From: Cycas panzhihuaensis | Lineage: Eukaryota > Plantae > Cycadophyta | Assembly (NCBI GenBank): GCA_023213395.1 | Contig: CM041465.1 | Location: 106,151,741-106,215,740 of the forward strand | Length of the DNA stretch: 64,000 nucleotides | Direction of reading: 5' to 3' | Shown: piece by piece, positions 53,701 to 64,000 of the stretch | How positions within the stretch are numbered: the stretch's first letter is position 1 | Layout: each line of letters begins with the position of its first letter | The notes under the pieces: generated by a model | Database searches by the model: none | The model's input: only the letters and a program-made list of their open reading frames with translations | What the model was told of the DNA's origin: nothing | Made by a program: the position numbers and the translations under genes

Positions 53701-56700
53701 TTAAGGGCAATGATATAATAATGATTTGAATGTACTTTGGAACACATCAGTAAATCAACCATTATTTTTAGTTGTAATGAATGATAGTTGACACCATTGG
53801 AAATTATGGATAAATAAGAGTGAAAAGGGCCCGGGGGGGGGGGGGGGGGGGGGGGGGGTGGTGTTGGATTATGATGATGATGATTACCTTGTAGAAATCT
53901 TATTGTTGTATGTTTGATTAGCCATCAACTTTCTATGTACTGTTAAGTCTATGTCTAGTTATGAGAGGACAAGATGTAGTTCCCTATCTTAATGGTATTA
54001 TATTTTATATCACATTGGTATTCTTTGTGCTTGCCTTATTCATTGATGAATGATTGGTAAACAAATAGGTGCATGGCACATAGTCACAAATATAATTTTT
54101 TAATGCTATTTTTTAAACAGAAAAAAAGGAAGCTAAAGAGCTATAAAATATAGCCCTAATCACCATGTAAATGTAATAAATCTACTATAAAAAAAAATAG
54201 TTAAAAAATAAAGAAAAAATAGATTCTTATAGCTATTTATATGGATTATTTTGAATTCCATTTAATTATTTAAATTTTTTAGTAAATATATTTTGTGTTA
54301 TAGCCAATATAAAAGAAAAAAAGGGTTTTATTATAATAGTTATTAAAAAAAGAAAAAGAACTACTAAAAAGAAAATTTGATGCTACTATATGTTGTAAAA
54401 CTTACTCTTGTGGATTTGCATTGCTTATGCTTTCTTACTACTATTGTGTCTAAAACCCTATATAGGATTTGAATAAAAATGAAGGAAATATGTGTGTGTG
54501 TGTGTGTTTATTTATTTCAAATGTTAGCAACAAATTGCATTCATTTAAAATATAAAAATCCGATATCTAGGACCATTTCTCTAGTGTGTAGGTAAACAAT
54601 GGCATATTGGTAGAGAATGAAGAGTTAATTCATCAATGGAATGGAGTTGCCTAGAATCCATTCATAAAGGTGCAAGATGCCTTGACTAACTTGGTAGCAA
54701 GTGATAGATGTATAAGCATGTTCACATGTGATATGATCCATCGACAATAAGAGAGTGATGAAATAGATAAAGTATACACAAAGAGGAGTTAAAGAAAGTA
54801 AGCACATAGATAAGATACACACATATATGCTAATGGTAGAAACTCACCTAAGATGAAGTTGGGAGGATCAATGGTGGGATGACACCTACAAATACCTCAA
54901 CATCGAGTGAATAAATGACTTAATAGAGTGCATACTTGTAGTGAAAACACTTCAAGGCAAATATTAGAGATAATGAGAAGAAAGCAAGTTGTTGGAGATG
55001 CAATAAATAAAGTCAGATGCCATATAATGGAATTAGCACATGAGTATGGCATCACTAAGCTATCAAATGATTAACTATGTAGACTAGTAATAAATGAAGA
55101 AACTTCAAGACTGTGTCATTATCCTACATATGGAGAATGCAAGACTATGTTGCTATCCTACATATGGAAAAGACATAACAATTTATAATGGACATTGGTA
55201 ATCTCCTTGGTTGCATTTTTTGGTTCTAATCTATGATTATAAGCATGAATAAGCCCTTATCCCCATGCATGAAAGCACTATAAATCATGTATGCACCAAT
55301 GACAAGATTTTCATTTTATGGTAGTTCAAAATTATGTTGAATGTTATATTGAAAATTAAATTATATTTGATTATTTTTTGAAATATGTAGAGCTCCTTAA
55401 TTTAGGACCTTGGTTACATAAGGACCCAACATGACCTTCTGCCTAGTGTTAAAGGGGTTTATGCCCTTTTTTCAATCCTTTGTCACTTTGTAATGATATA
55501 TGCTCACTCTTTTAGTGATAATTTGAGCCTATAAAATCGATTTTCAAATCTAGAAAAAGCAACAAAAAGCTAACTTGATTATTTACATAATTACAAGTCT
55601 TGCAATTTATTTTGTAGTGATTTTAAAAGTACTTTTTCATTATTTTAGGTAGAGTTTACCTTTTCATTAGTTCAAAATTATTTGATAATAATTTTATTAA
55701 TAGAATGTACCTCAAAACGGGAAAAAAGTATAAACATTTATATCATTGGCTCTATTGTTATACCCTACAAAACCCTTTTTTAATAAAAAAATCTCAAAAA
55801 TATCACAAAAGAGAATTGTTTGTAATGTCTTAGGTTACATCCATTATTTATGTCATTGTTAAATTATAATTGTTAGATATATGTAAGCCTATAAGGCATT
55901 TATGAGGCCATAGAGCCCCTTTTCATGTATTTTCTAACTATTAGATCTAATGAATGATGTATTTCCTACTATTAAAGCTAGTGAATGTTGTAATTTTAAT
56001 ACTTAGATATTGAAAAAAGATAATATATAGTCTCATTAAGTAAGAGGTAGGATGCTCTTTATACTACTCTTGCACTTATTTTTAGCTCACTTAACTTAGT
56101 CACAAAAAACAATGTGTTTCTAGAGTGTTTCTGATATGGTGTTGACTAAACCATACACCCAAAGGAGCCAACTTATGAATTGGTAACTATAATATTTAGT
56201 TACTAATATGGACTAGTGGATGGAGCATCCTTCATACACATGCCACTAGAATTGAAATTATTTGAAGTAGCTTGATTTCTAGTAAAATTAAAGACTAAAA
56301 ATATTTTTTGATCTAGTATTTATCGTTATATAATTATATATTACAGGAGAGAATGCTAGGTAGTAATATCCAATTATATAAGTTATAACCCAAAACCCTT
56401 TATAATCTCTCAAATATTCACTAATTTTATATCATAATCACTTAGATATATGTGCCACTTAGAATGTATAAGAGCACACAAAGATTGACTTTGAGGGTGC
56501 TCCATTTGAGATGCGATGTATTGTAACTATATACTTGATTCTTTAAATATAATGAAGTTTAACCATTCTTCCATATTTATTGTTCTTACTTATGTATACA
56601 TATTTCATTATTTTGTGCTCTATTTATCTCATCTTTTACTCACTTATTTCCTAGTTTCATTCTTAGTTGAGTTAATTTTATTGTTTATTTCTTTCCATAT

Positions 56701-57686
56701 ACTTTCCACCCAACATCATGGTATTTAAATTATTCCTAAAAACCAACATTGTGGTATCAAAGCTATTCTAAAAAAACTAATAAAATATTAGAAAGAATCA
56801 TAATAATCTAAAGGACGATGCTTGTACTAATCGACACACATCATGCTCTTTATTTTTTTTCATTATCAAATTAAATTGTATAAAGATTTCCTGTTTGACA
56901 ATAACCTTAAAACTTATTTATCTTGTTTTCTATAAGACATCTTTTAGAATCAAATTTAACTATAAAATTTTTCTTTGCTTTTGTAATTTGGCTAATTGAT
57001 AACATTTTTTTCTTTAATCCAAGGACATATAAAACACTATTGACCTTACATTCTTATTGTTATTCATTAATATTTAAATTATGCCACTTTCTTTAGTTAT
57101 ATGTTCTATATTATTATCAAAGAACATTGCTTCACTATTATTCTCCTTTGTTATGTTCATAAAAACTTTGTTATTGAAGGTCATGTGGTAAGAATAATCA
57201 CTATTAAAGTACCATGCTACTACTTCATTATTATTAGTTAAAGTTATAAATAATTGGGTTGAATACTTATTATCATACTAAATAAAGTTATTATGATGTT
57301 GATTAAGTATGTCTTTATAGTTATTAATGTGATAGTTTTGACTCATGTTGTAATTGTGGTTCTAATAATCAATTATTTGATCATTTTTGTAGTTGTTAAA
57401 GTAATGATGATTTCCTTAGTTTTGTTGGGGTTGTTTGTCTCCTCTATGTTAAGTGATATGGCTACCCCTTACTTGAGTCTGGTTGAACCTACAATAAAAG
57501 GTAAGATGTCTAATTTTTTCACATACATAGCATGATCTTCCTTTATTTTTTAGTCCTTGGTTTCTTTATCCATTTGGAATAAATATGCCTCTACCTCTAG
57601 TCCTAAAAGCAAAGCCCCCTTTGCCTCTTTCATACCGTTGAGGCTTCTCTACTTTATTGAATAAGTATCCTTGAAATCCATCCAAA

Positions 57687-60600
57687 TGTTAAGAGTTAAT
57701 GTTTAATGTGTCTAGGAGAATATTATGTCTAAGATTTATTAATGTGAAGTCCTTAAGGGGTATTATGTCATGGTCTATAGGCTAGTAATAATGATTATAT
57801 TAAAGGTCTAATAGATGTATTGAGTCAAGTTATTAAATGTGCTTAGGCACATATTTATCTGTAACACCTAATAATAGGTAAAGAAATTATCAACTATGGT
57901 TAGAGAAGTTAGTGATAAGATAAAGCATAAATATGTACTCATCTCCTTTCAATAATTATCAATAGAGAAGATTTAATATGCATGTTTTGACATGGTATTA
58001 GAGTAGGTGCACATATGCGTGGGTGCTTGAAGATAAATTTGCTTATGAGGAGATCATTTATAGCCCAATTGAAATTGATCCAGTCAAAATTAGTATTGTT
58101 GGTTATTGGTGCAAGTTTAAAAAGAGCCAAGAAAGTTGTAGGATGAAGAAAATAAAAATAAAGTTTACAATGAAGGAGAAGAAGAAGTCCTTGATAGCTT
58201 TCATCACAATCAGTCCTCAATGAGTAGTGTGTTAGGGCTTCCCTCAAAAGTCATTATAGGCATTAATGAAGATTGCTTATGGACGTTTCCAGTTATTGCA
58301 CATGCAAATTAATTTAAGGGATTTCCACAAAAAACAAATAAATTTATGATAAGAACATTTGCCTTAAACCACATCAATGATTGGAAAATAAAAAATGGCT
58401 CATCTAAATAATGGATAATCCACTGCCAACAATGGCAACTCAATATAAGTGAAAACTTAAGACAAAATAAGTTGTCGAATGCTATACTTATTAAACAGTT
58501 AAATAACACAGAAGATAAAATACTGTTGCGGCAAGAGTTTAAACCTCTAAAGCTTTGAATAACTTGAGAAGTGAGAATGATAGAATTCCTACTATTACAA
58601 CTAATATTTCTATGGTGGGGTTGCAATATATTAAGTATTTGTCAAAGAAATTCATCCCATTAATTATTATTCTTAGAACCTCATTTTATTCCTTAATATT
58701 GATTTTCTTATAATATCTATGAACATTGTATCTAGCATTGATATATATGGCATAGATGATAAGTGCACATAATAAGCAAGATCATTATTTTATTATATGA
58801 ATGATGGGAGGCTATCAAAGAAGACAAGAACGTATTGGGTGTGTCCAATGAGTGCATGAGGAGGTTGATGCATGATTTTGGTGATTGTTAGATTAAGAGA
58901 AGTGGGATTTCCATTAGACAGTGCAGGGAAGAATCCACTTTGAAGAAAAACCACAAGACATGTATCCATAGGAAGCATACATATATGTGGTGTGACTTAG
59001 GTACTGTGATGATTAATGCCTATTTGGAGGGATGATGATCCCTTGAAGTCAACCTTCATAATTTAAAGAAGGAATATCACAGAGGCATCATTAGGAGGAG
59101 GATGAAATTAGATGCAATAATCTTTGTAGATATTTAATAAAAATGGTCTACCATTATTCAGACCTACTAGAATAGAATACCTGAATACCTTTTGAAATAG
59201 TAGGTAGCGGCATAAGTTTCTTTAAATCAATCAATTTGATTGATATTTCATTTATAGTTTATAATTTATTCATTAGATAAATATTATTAAGATGTTTTCC
59301 TATTGATTGAATGAATCTATTTAACTTGTAATTTGATTTGCAGAAGGAGGTTTGATTTTTGATCTATAAAGGAAGTTTAATTTTTTATCTACTAAACTTT
59401 TTTCAAACTGTTAAGTAAAATTTAATTAGATTGAAACCAAATTGAAAACTACATACTTAAAATAGAATAAGGAATATTTAGTTATTGGAATCAATTAGAT
59501 TAGAATGTAATTTAAAGTCTACCAGACCCCTAGCCATTAAGACTCTGGTCTTATGAAGCCTTAATATGACTTATTATTTAAAGGGGTTAAAACTTTAATA
59601 ACCTTAATTGATTTTTCATAAGGAGGTAATTATACATTTTTCATCATATCTCCTCAATTAGGCATCTGATTCTTGAACTGTCTAAACTATTGAAATTCTC
59701 ATTTACCATACTATAGTCTAGAATGTGATTTAAGTGTTTTGTCACAAATTTGTTAGAGTTATTATATGCTCATGATTAACTCATTATCACAATCATGGAG
59801 TTAGATGACATCATCTTTTTTATGCCCAAAGAGAATGAGTACTACTTAATAGACTTTCCTATTTCTCTACCTAAGTACGTAGAAATAAATTATATATGTT
59901 AGGCAAATAAAATGGAAGGTATATTTATGTACAAAAGGCTACACAAAATCATCACTAACGGTTATGATAGGTTAATTGATGTAGAAGGGGAAGAAAACTT
60001 TAGGAAGAAAAATAACATAATAATTGATGTTATGCTTGTTGCATTAAATAAAGATAAGCTTCTACCTTCCTACCATTTTCTCATTCCTACAATTCATGAC
60101 GTTGGAACTATTAAAGAAGCTTGGAACTTCTTGAAGAATATGTATGAAACGATGCTTGAAAAGGTGTAAGTGATTGTTAAAAATGTAAATAACTTTTGTG
60201 ATGCAAGTAAAAAGGATGAAAAACTTACAAAAAATGCAGAAGAAAAAATCTCTCTTAGAGAATAGGTTATGTATAGCAACCTAACCAAGAATAAAAAAAG
60301 GAAGTTGAAGAGGAAAGCCAAAAAGATGAATGCAAGTAGTTAGGTTGATTCTAGTAAGAATGAAACTCACATAGATTCATCTGATGATTTTTATCATAAA
60401 GAAGAAATAAAGGTATATGAATCTATTTATGAGAATAGGTCCTTTGTTGAAATAGGAATAAGTGAACATAATGAATCTATCAAAGTACCAAATGAGTCTA
60501 ATGATTTGACTCTAGATCATTATTTAGAATATGAGAAAGAAGAAGAAAATAAAGAACTAAATATTGAGAAGAGAATTATCTCACCTATATTTTCTTCTAG

Positions 60601-62066
60601 CATCTTGAGTTACAACATTTTGATAGAAAAGACTATATTATAGGTTGATGAGATGATGGAGTTTAAACTTGACATAACCTATAAGTATAAAGTTGATTTC
60701 AAATAGCCATTTTTATAGGTGATATAATATAGAGATACAACTACCTTAATGAAACTTTTAGAAAGTATTACCTTAATTTCTATCGATAGAATTATTATTA
60801 AAACTCAACTGATATTAAGTCATATAGTTATATGCTTGTACATAGAATTCTATATGGTTCATTTAATATGGTAGCATTTTATTTGCTTATCATTGAAGGA
60901 GTTCAGGTTGTGTTGAGATATCCAACAAAGATACTAGAATATTCTTTTGAATAAAGGAAAGATACTTTGGCAAAAATTAGAATGTTACTTGGCCAAAATT
61001 TTGTAACAAAATATGTTTACACAAATTGTTATATAATTCTAGCAGGTTATTTAATCATGAAGTTAAATCATGTTATGGTGGCATGTTGTATTTATGAGAC
61101 CATAATAATTGTTGGAAAGATTACATGTGTGATTATGATAAAAATCTTTTGTGTTCACTATATCAATAGCCTCCTTAGATGGTGAGAAGGAGACAAACTA
61201 GATAACCAAATATTTTATTAAACTAGGACCAATACTAGCACTCATAATAATAGATAATAAATTATCATTCTTTCTTCTTCAAGAGATTTTTTATTAGCTC
61301 TTGCTTAATTCAACATATCTAAAGAAAATATTCATAGTGATAAGATTTATACTTGCTTATTTGAAAGTAAATAAGGAGAAATCATTTTTATTCTTCAAGG
61401 AAAATTTGAAGTCCAAATCATAGTTTGTCACTTTTAATCTTGGAGATAATGATCATAAAAAAAGTTCACATCAAAAATATGGTCTTGTAGATATAATTGT
61501 AGTCATCAAATTAAAGTAACTTATAAGTCAAAGAACAAAAGATGATGGAGTAGGAGATTCAACAAAAATGATGCAAAGCACTAAAGAGTATATCATGAAC
61601 CATTATTGCATTCCAGAATCAAAAGATCGAGCACCAAACATTATCTTTAAAAGATACCAAGATTTAAGCATTACAAGTTTAAAACAACATCTTATGTCAA
61701 GTCATTTTTTTGTGAATATTTAGCACTAAATGTCATGATAGGCTTTAGTTTTTAATTTATTTTTGTCTTGATATTAAACATTAAGGGAGGGTGCTAAGGG
61801 CTAATGTTTAATGCATTTAGGAGAATATTATATTTAGGGTTTATTAATGTAAAATACTTAAGGGGTATTATTCCATGGTCTATAAGCTAGTAATAATGAT
61901 TATATTAAAGGTCTAATAGAAGTGTTGAGTCAAGTTATTAAGTGTGCTTAAGCACATCTTTATGTGTAACACTTAATTAGTAGGTGAAGTAGTATGGTTA
62001 GAGGAGTTAGTGATAAGTTCAAGTATAAATATTTACTTGTCTCCTTTCAATAATGATCAATAGATA
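57687..62066 (+). mobile_element. Element E: gag-only non-autonomous Copia-type element
   Basis: LTRs at 57687-57992 and 61792-62066; perfect TSD CCAAA; PBS TGGTATTAGAG at 57993; PPT AAGGGAGGG at 61783-61791; no pol motifs. Confidence 0.88.
59795..60169 (+). pseudogene. Copia gag N-terminal fragment
   Basis: NYIC*ANKMEGIF..LHKII..IHDVGTIKEAWNFLKNMY. Confidence 0.65.
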
Positions 62067-63741
62067 CCAAAGTCATTGTGGATCAATCCTTGGGCAACAC
62101 TATCATCATTTTGAAACATTTAAGCCCTTCATGTAAACTATTAAGATGGTTTTCTCCATTTCCTATTCATTGATATAATAGTCTTAGTTGGCTAACTCCA
62201 TTTGTAACTCCTTAAACTTGTTTATATTCTTGTTTATGGAGTCATAAGGTCACGGTTGCATAGAGTGAAACTCTCTCTTCAAATCTAATAGCCTAGTGGT
62301 ACTCTCCCTATCATATATGTTAGCTAATTTATCATATTATTCTTTAGCTAGGTCAATTCCTCTGATATGCAGTGGTTATATGTCTACTACCTTCATTGCG
62401 ATGATCTCTTTTACTAAGACATTTGCCTTATTAATTATTTTAAAACCAACAACATCTATGTTAGCCATTTTAGTGAATTCCCCTTTGAAAACTTTGATCA
62501 CTTCACAAATGTTAAAGATAGTTTCTATTCTTTATTGCCAACTAATGTAGTTTAATTATCTTCTCATCTTCTCATTAAACCTAATCTATATGTGTTCATT
62601 GTGAATAATAAAACAATGCTTCAAATAAAGCTTAAGGATTAAAAAATACAATTGTAATAATAAGAAAATGTTCATAACAAAAGTTAAATGCTAAAATAGC
62701 GTGAACTCTTAAAGAATTTATACCTTTTTCACAATTAAACTTAATACTTTCAAAGTATCAAATTAAGATGTGTTTTTCAATAAGTTTTATAAAGAGAGAA
62801 ATTTAAAAGGAGTGCTTAAAAAATAGTTTACAAAGATAAAATTAAATGAAATTTATAGAAAAAATAAGTAAATGAGGCAAGGGATACGAGAGATGATTTT
62901 GCAAGATACCCAATGAGACACACACCAATTCTTAGCCTTCTTCCTTAATAAATATCTCTCTTCTAAATTACATAAGATAAAACTTAGCATAATCATTAGT
63001 CCTCTACATAGAAAATAATATTTTTATTATATGTAGGTTATAAAAAATAATGTTTGAATTCTTTTAAAATAATAATTGGGTCACCATGAATGGTGTTAAG
63101 CTTATGCACTTAAATTTTTTTCTTGTGGAATTTATAATAACTATTTAAAATTGATAAAAGCATAATGAAATAGAGATAAAATGGTGTTTCTAAGGCTATT
63201 TAATGGTTTCACAATATTTGTGATAATACTAAGATGAAAACTCATGGAAAAAAAAACAGTTGAAAAGTGGCATAAAATGATGTTTTTTTTAGTTTATCCC
63301 TATTTAGGCTTTAGAATATGATCATATGATGACTTAATGAAACTAGATGCTTATAACACTTAGGAGCAGACTTTAAACTTATTTCAAAAATATTTTCTTT
63401 AAACTTAAATATTAGAAAAAATAAATTAAATCAAAATTTTAGAAAAAATCATGATCACTACCTAAATTCAAATGCAGATCCAATTTTTTCATGAAAAGTA
63501 TTGATTCCAAGATAGATCTAACTACCACTGGACTCTAGGGAAATATTGTAATAGAATAGAAGCAATGAATAAGAAAAGAAAAATGAGAAAATAAAGCCTC
63601 ATAGTTTAACATACCCAAAAGGTATTGTTACTTCTCAATTCTAACACAAAGAAAAATTTCACTAAAAATATTTCATTTCAAAGGTGAATATAACTATTGT
63701 GAATGTTAGAAATATATGATAAAATAATAACTCTAATATTA

Positions 63742-64000
63742 TGTTAAAATTATATAACTAAATAATAATTTAATCTACGATTCCATCTAGGTAAAAATAA
63801 ATAAACAAATATATACAAACATATAACACTATATTTTTGTAGGTAATGATCACCTTTAAATTGTATTATGAAAAATCAATATATATAGACATACACCATC
63901 TTATAGCTATCTAATCATAATCTTGAAGCCACTTGGTCAACCGACATTCACATACATAAAAAAATTATGCATTATGACCACCTAATATGCATCAAAGAGG
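63742..64000 (-). repeat. Probable 5' LTR (U5 end) of Copia X
   Basis: TGTTAA immediately next to a reverse-complement Met PBS carrying 4 transitions; no partner LTR found. Confidence 0.45.

Larger units (their letters stand above)
40185..54082 (+). mobile_element. Gypsy C, full-length degenerate non-chromovirus element
   Basis: LTRs at 40185-40975 and 53284-54082; perfect TSD GTCAC (40180-40184 and 54083-54087); PPT GATGGGGGAGA before 53284; degenerate Glu/Asp-type PBS TAGTTCCATTGCC at about 40977. Confidence 0.92.
39470..56782 (+). mobile_element. Element B: non-autonomous (LARD-like) LTR element with Met-type PBS
   Basis: LTRs at 39470 to about 39824 and 56354-56782 (shared TAGTAATATC.AATTATATAAGTTATAACC); PBS TGGTATTAGAGCC at 39825; PPT AGGAGAGAA at 56345-56353; TSD AAATG/AAATA. 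Its own internal region of about 2.6 kb shows no clear pol. Confidence 0.8.
31200..64000 (-). mobile_element. Old host Copia X, split by three insertions; coding pieces 62072-62600 (gag), 56783-57686 (gag end, PR, INT start), 37336-39469 (INT, RT, RH) and 31200-31470 (RH end)
   Basis: Reading frames rejoin across the TSDs: STMTL|DGFQG, FL(T)F|IDNYS, ISWLR|RVLEG. Also WYFNSDYSYHMT protease, MNEEYRSLIKNNIWELLELP..CKWIYKVK RT and LKYIPTRE RH end. A degenerate PBS (forward ACTCTAATATTA, 63730-63741) lies next to TGTTAAA at 63742. The 3' LTR was not located. Confidence 0.8.

Noticed and set aside
55107-55170. 33-bp tandem duplication in element B
   Set aside because: Only two copies; an ordinary local duplication with no further signal.
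58300-59100. Possible captured gene fragment within element E
   Set aside because: Composition differs slightly, but I found no recognisable peptide or convincing splice pair.

Overview
Gene-free plant heterochromatin, probably from a gymnosperm-type large genome (inferred from the element types), made almost entirely of nested LTR retrotransposons. Eight elements have both ends defined, seven of them with perfect or near-perfect 5-bp TSDs. Left nest: an old minus-strand Ty3/gypsy element (about 19973-28250) carries a minus-strand Copia (4230-19972), which is interrupted by a CRM-like chromovirus (1-4229) and by a younger GC-rich 14.2-kb Tat-like element (5026-19236, 2.6-kb LTRs, TSD GAGAG). 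The Tat-like element has lost almost all of RT-RH-INT by an apparently in-frame deletion. It retains two divergently oriented accessory genes in its 3' region: an antisense, intron-containing plant-mobile-domain (PMD) gene and a stand-alone archaeal-type RNase H. Right nest: an old minus-strand Copia (about 31200 to beyond 64000) hosts Copia A (31471-37335), non-autonomous element B (39470-56782) and gag-only element E (57687-62066). B hosts gypsy C (40185-54082), whose pol carries two extra capsid-like repeats between protease and RT. C in turn hosts a 322-bp TRIM and a gag-only Copia D whose 5' LTR is replaced by foreign, gene-like DNA. No intact host gene, rRNA or tRNA gene was found, and all TE ORFs are pseudogenised. 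All calls come from reading motifs by eye; no database search was run.
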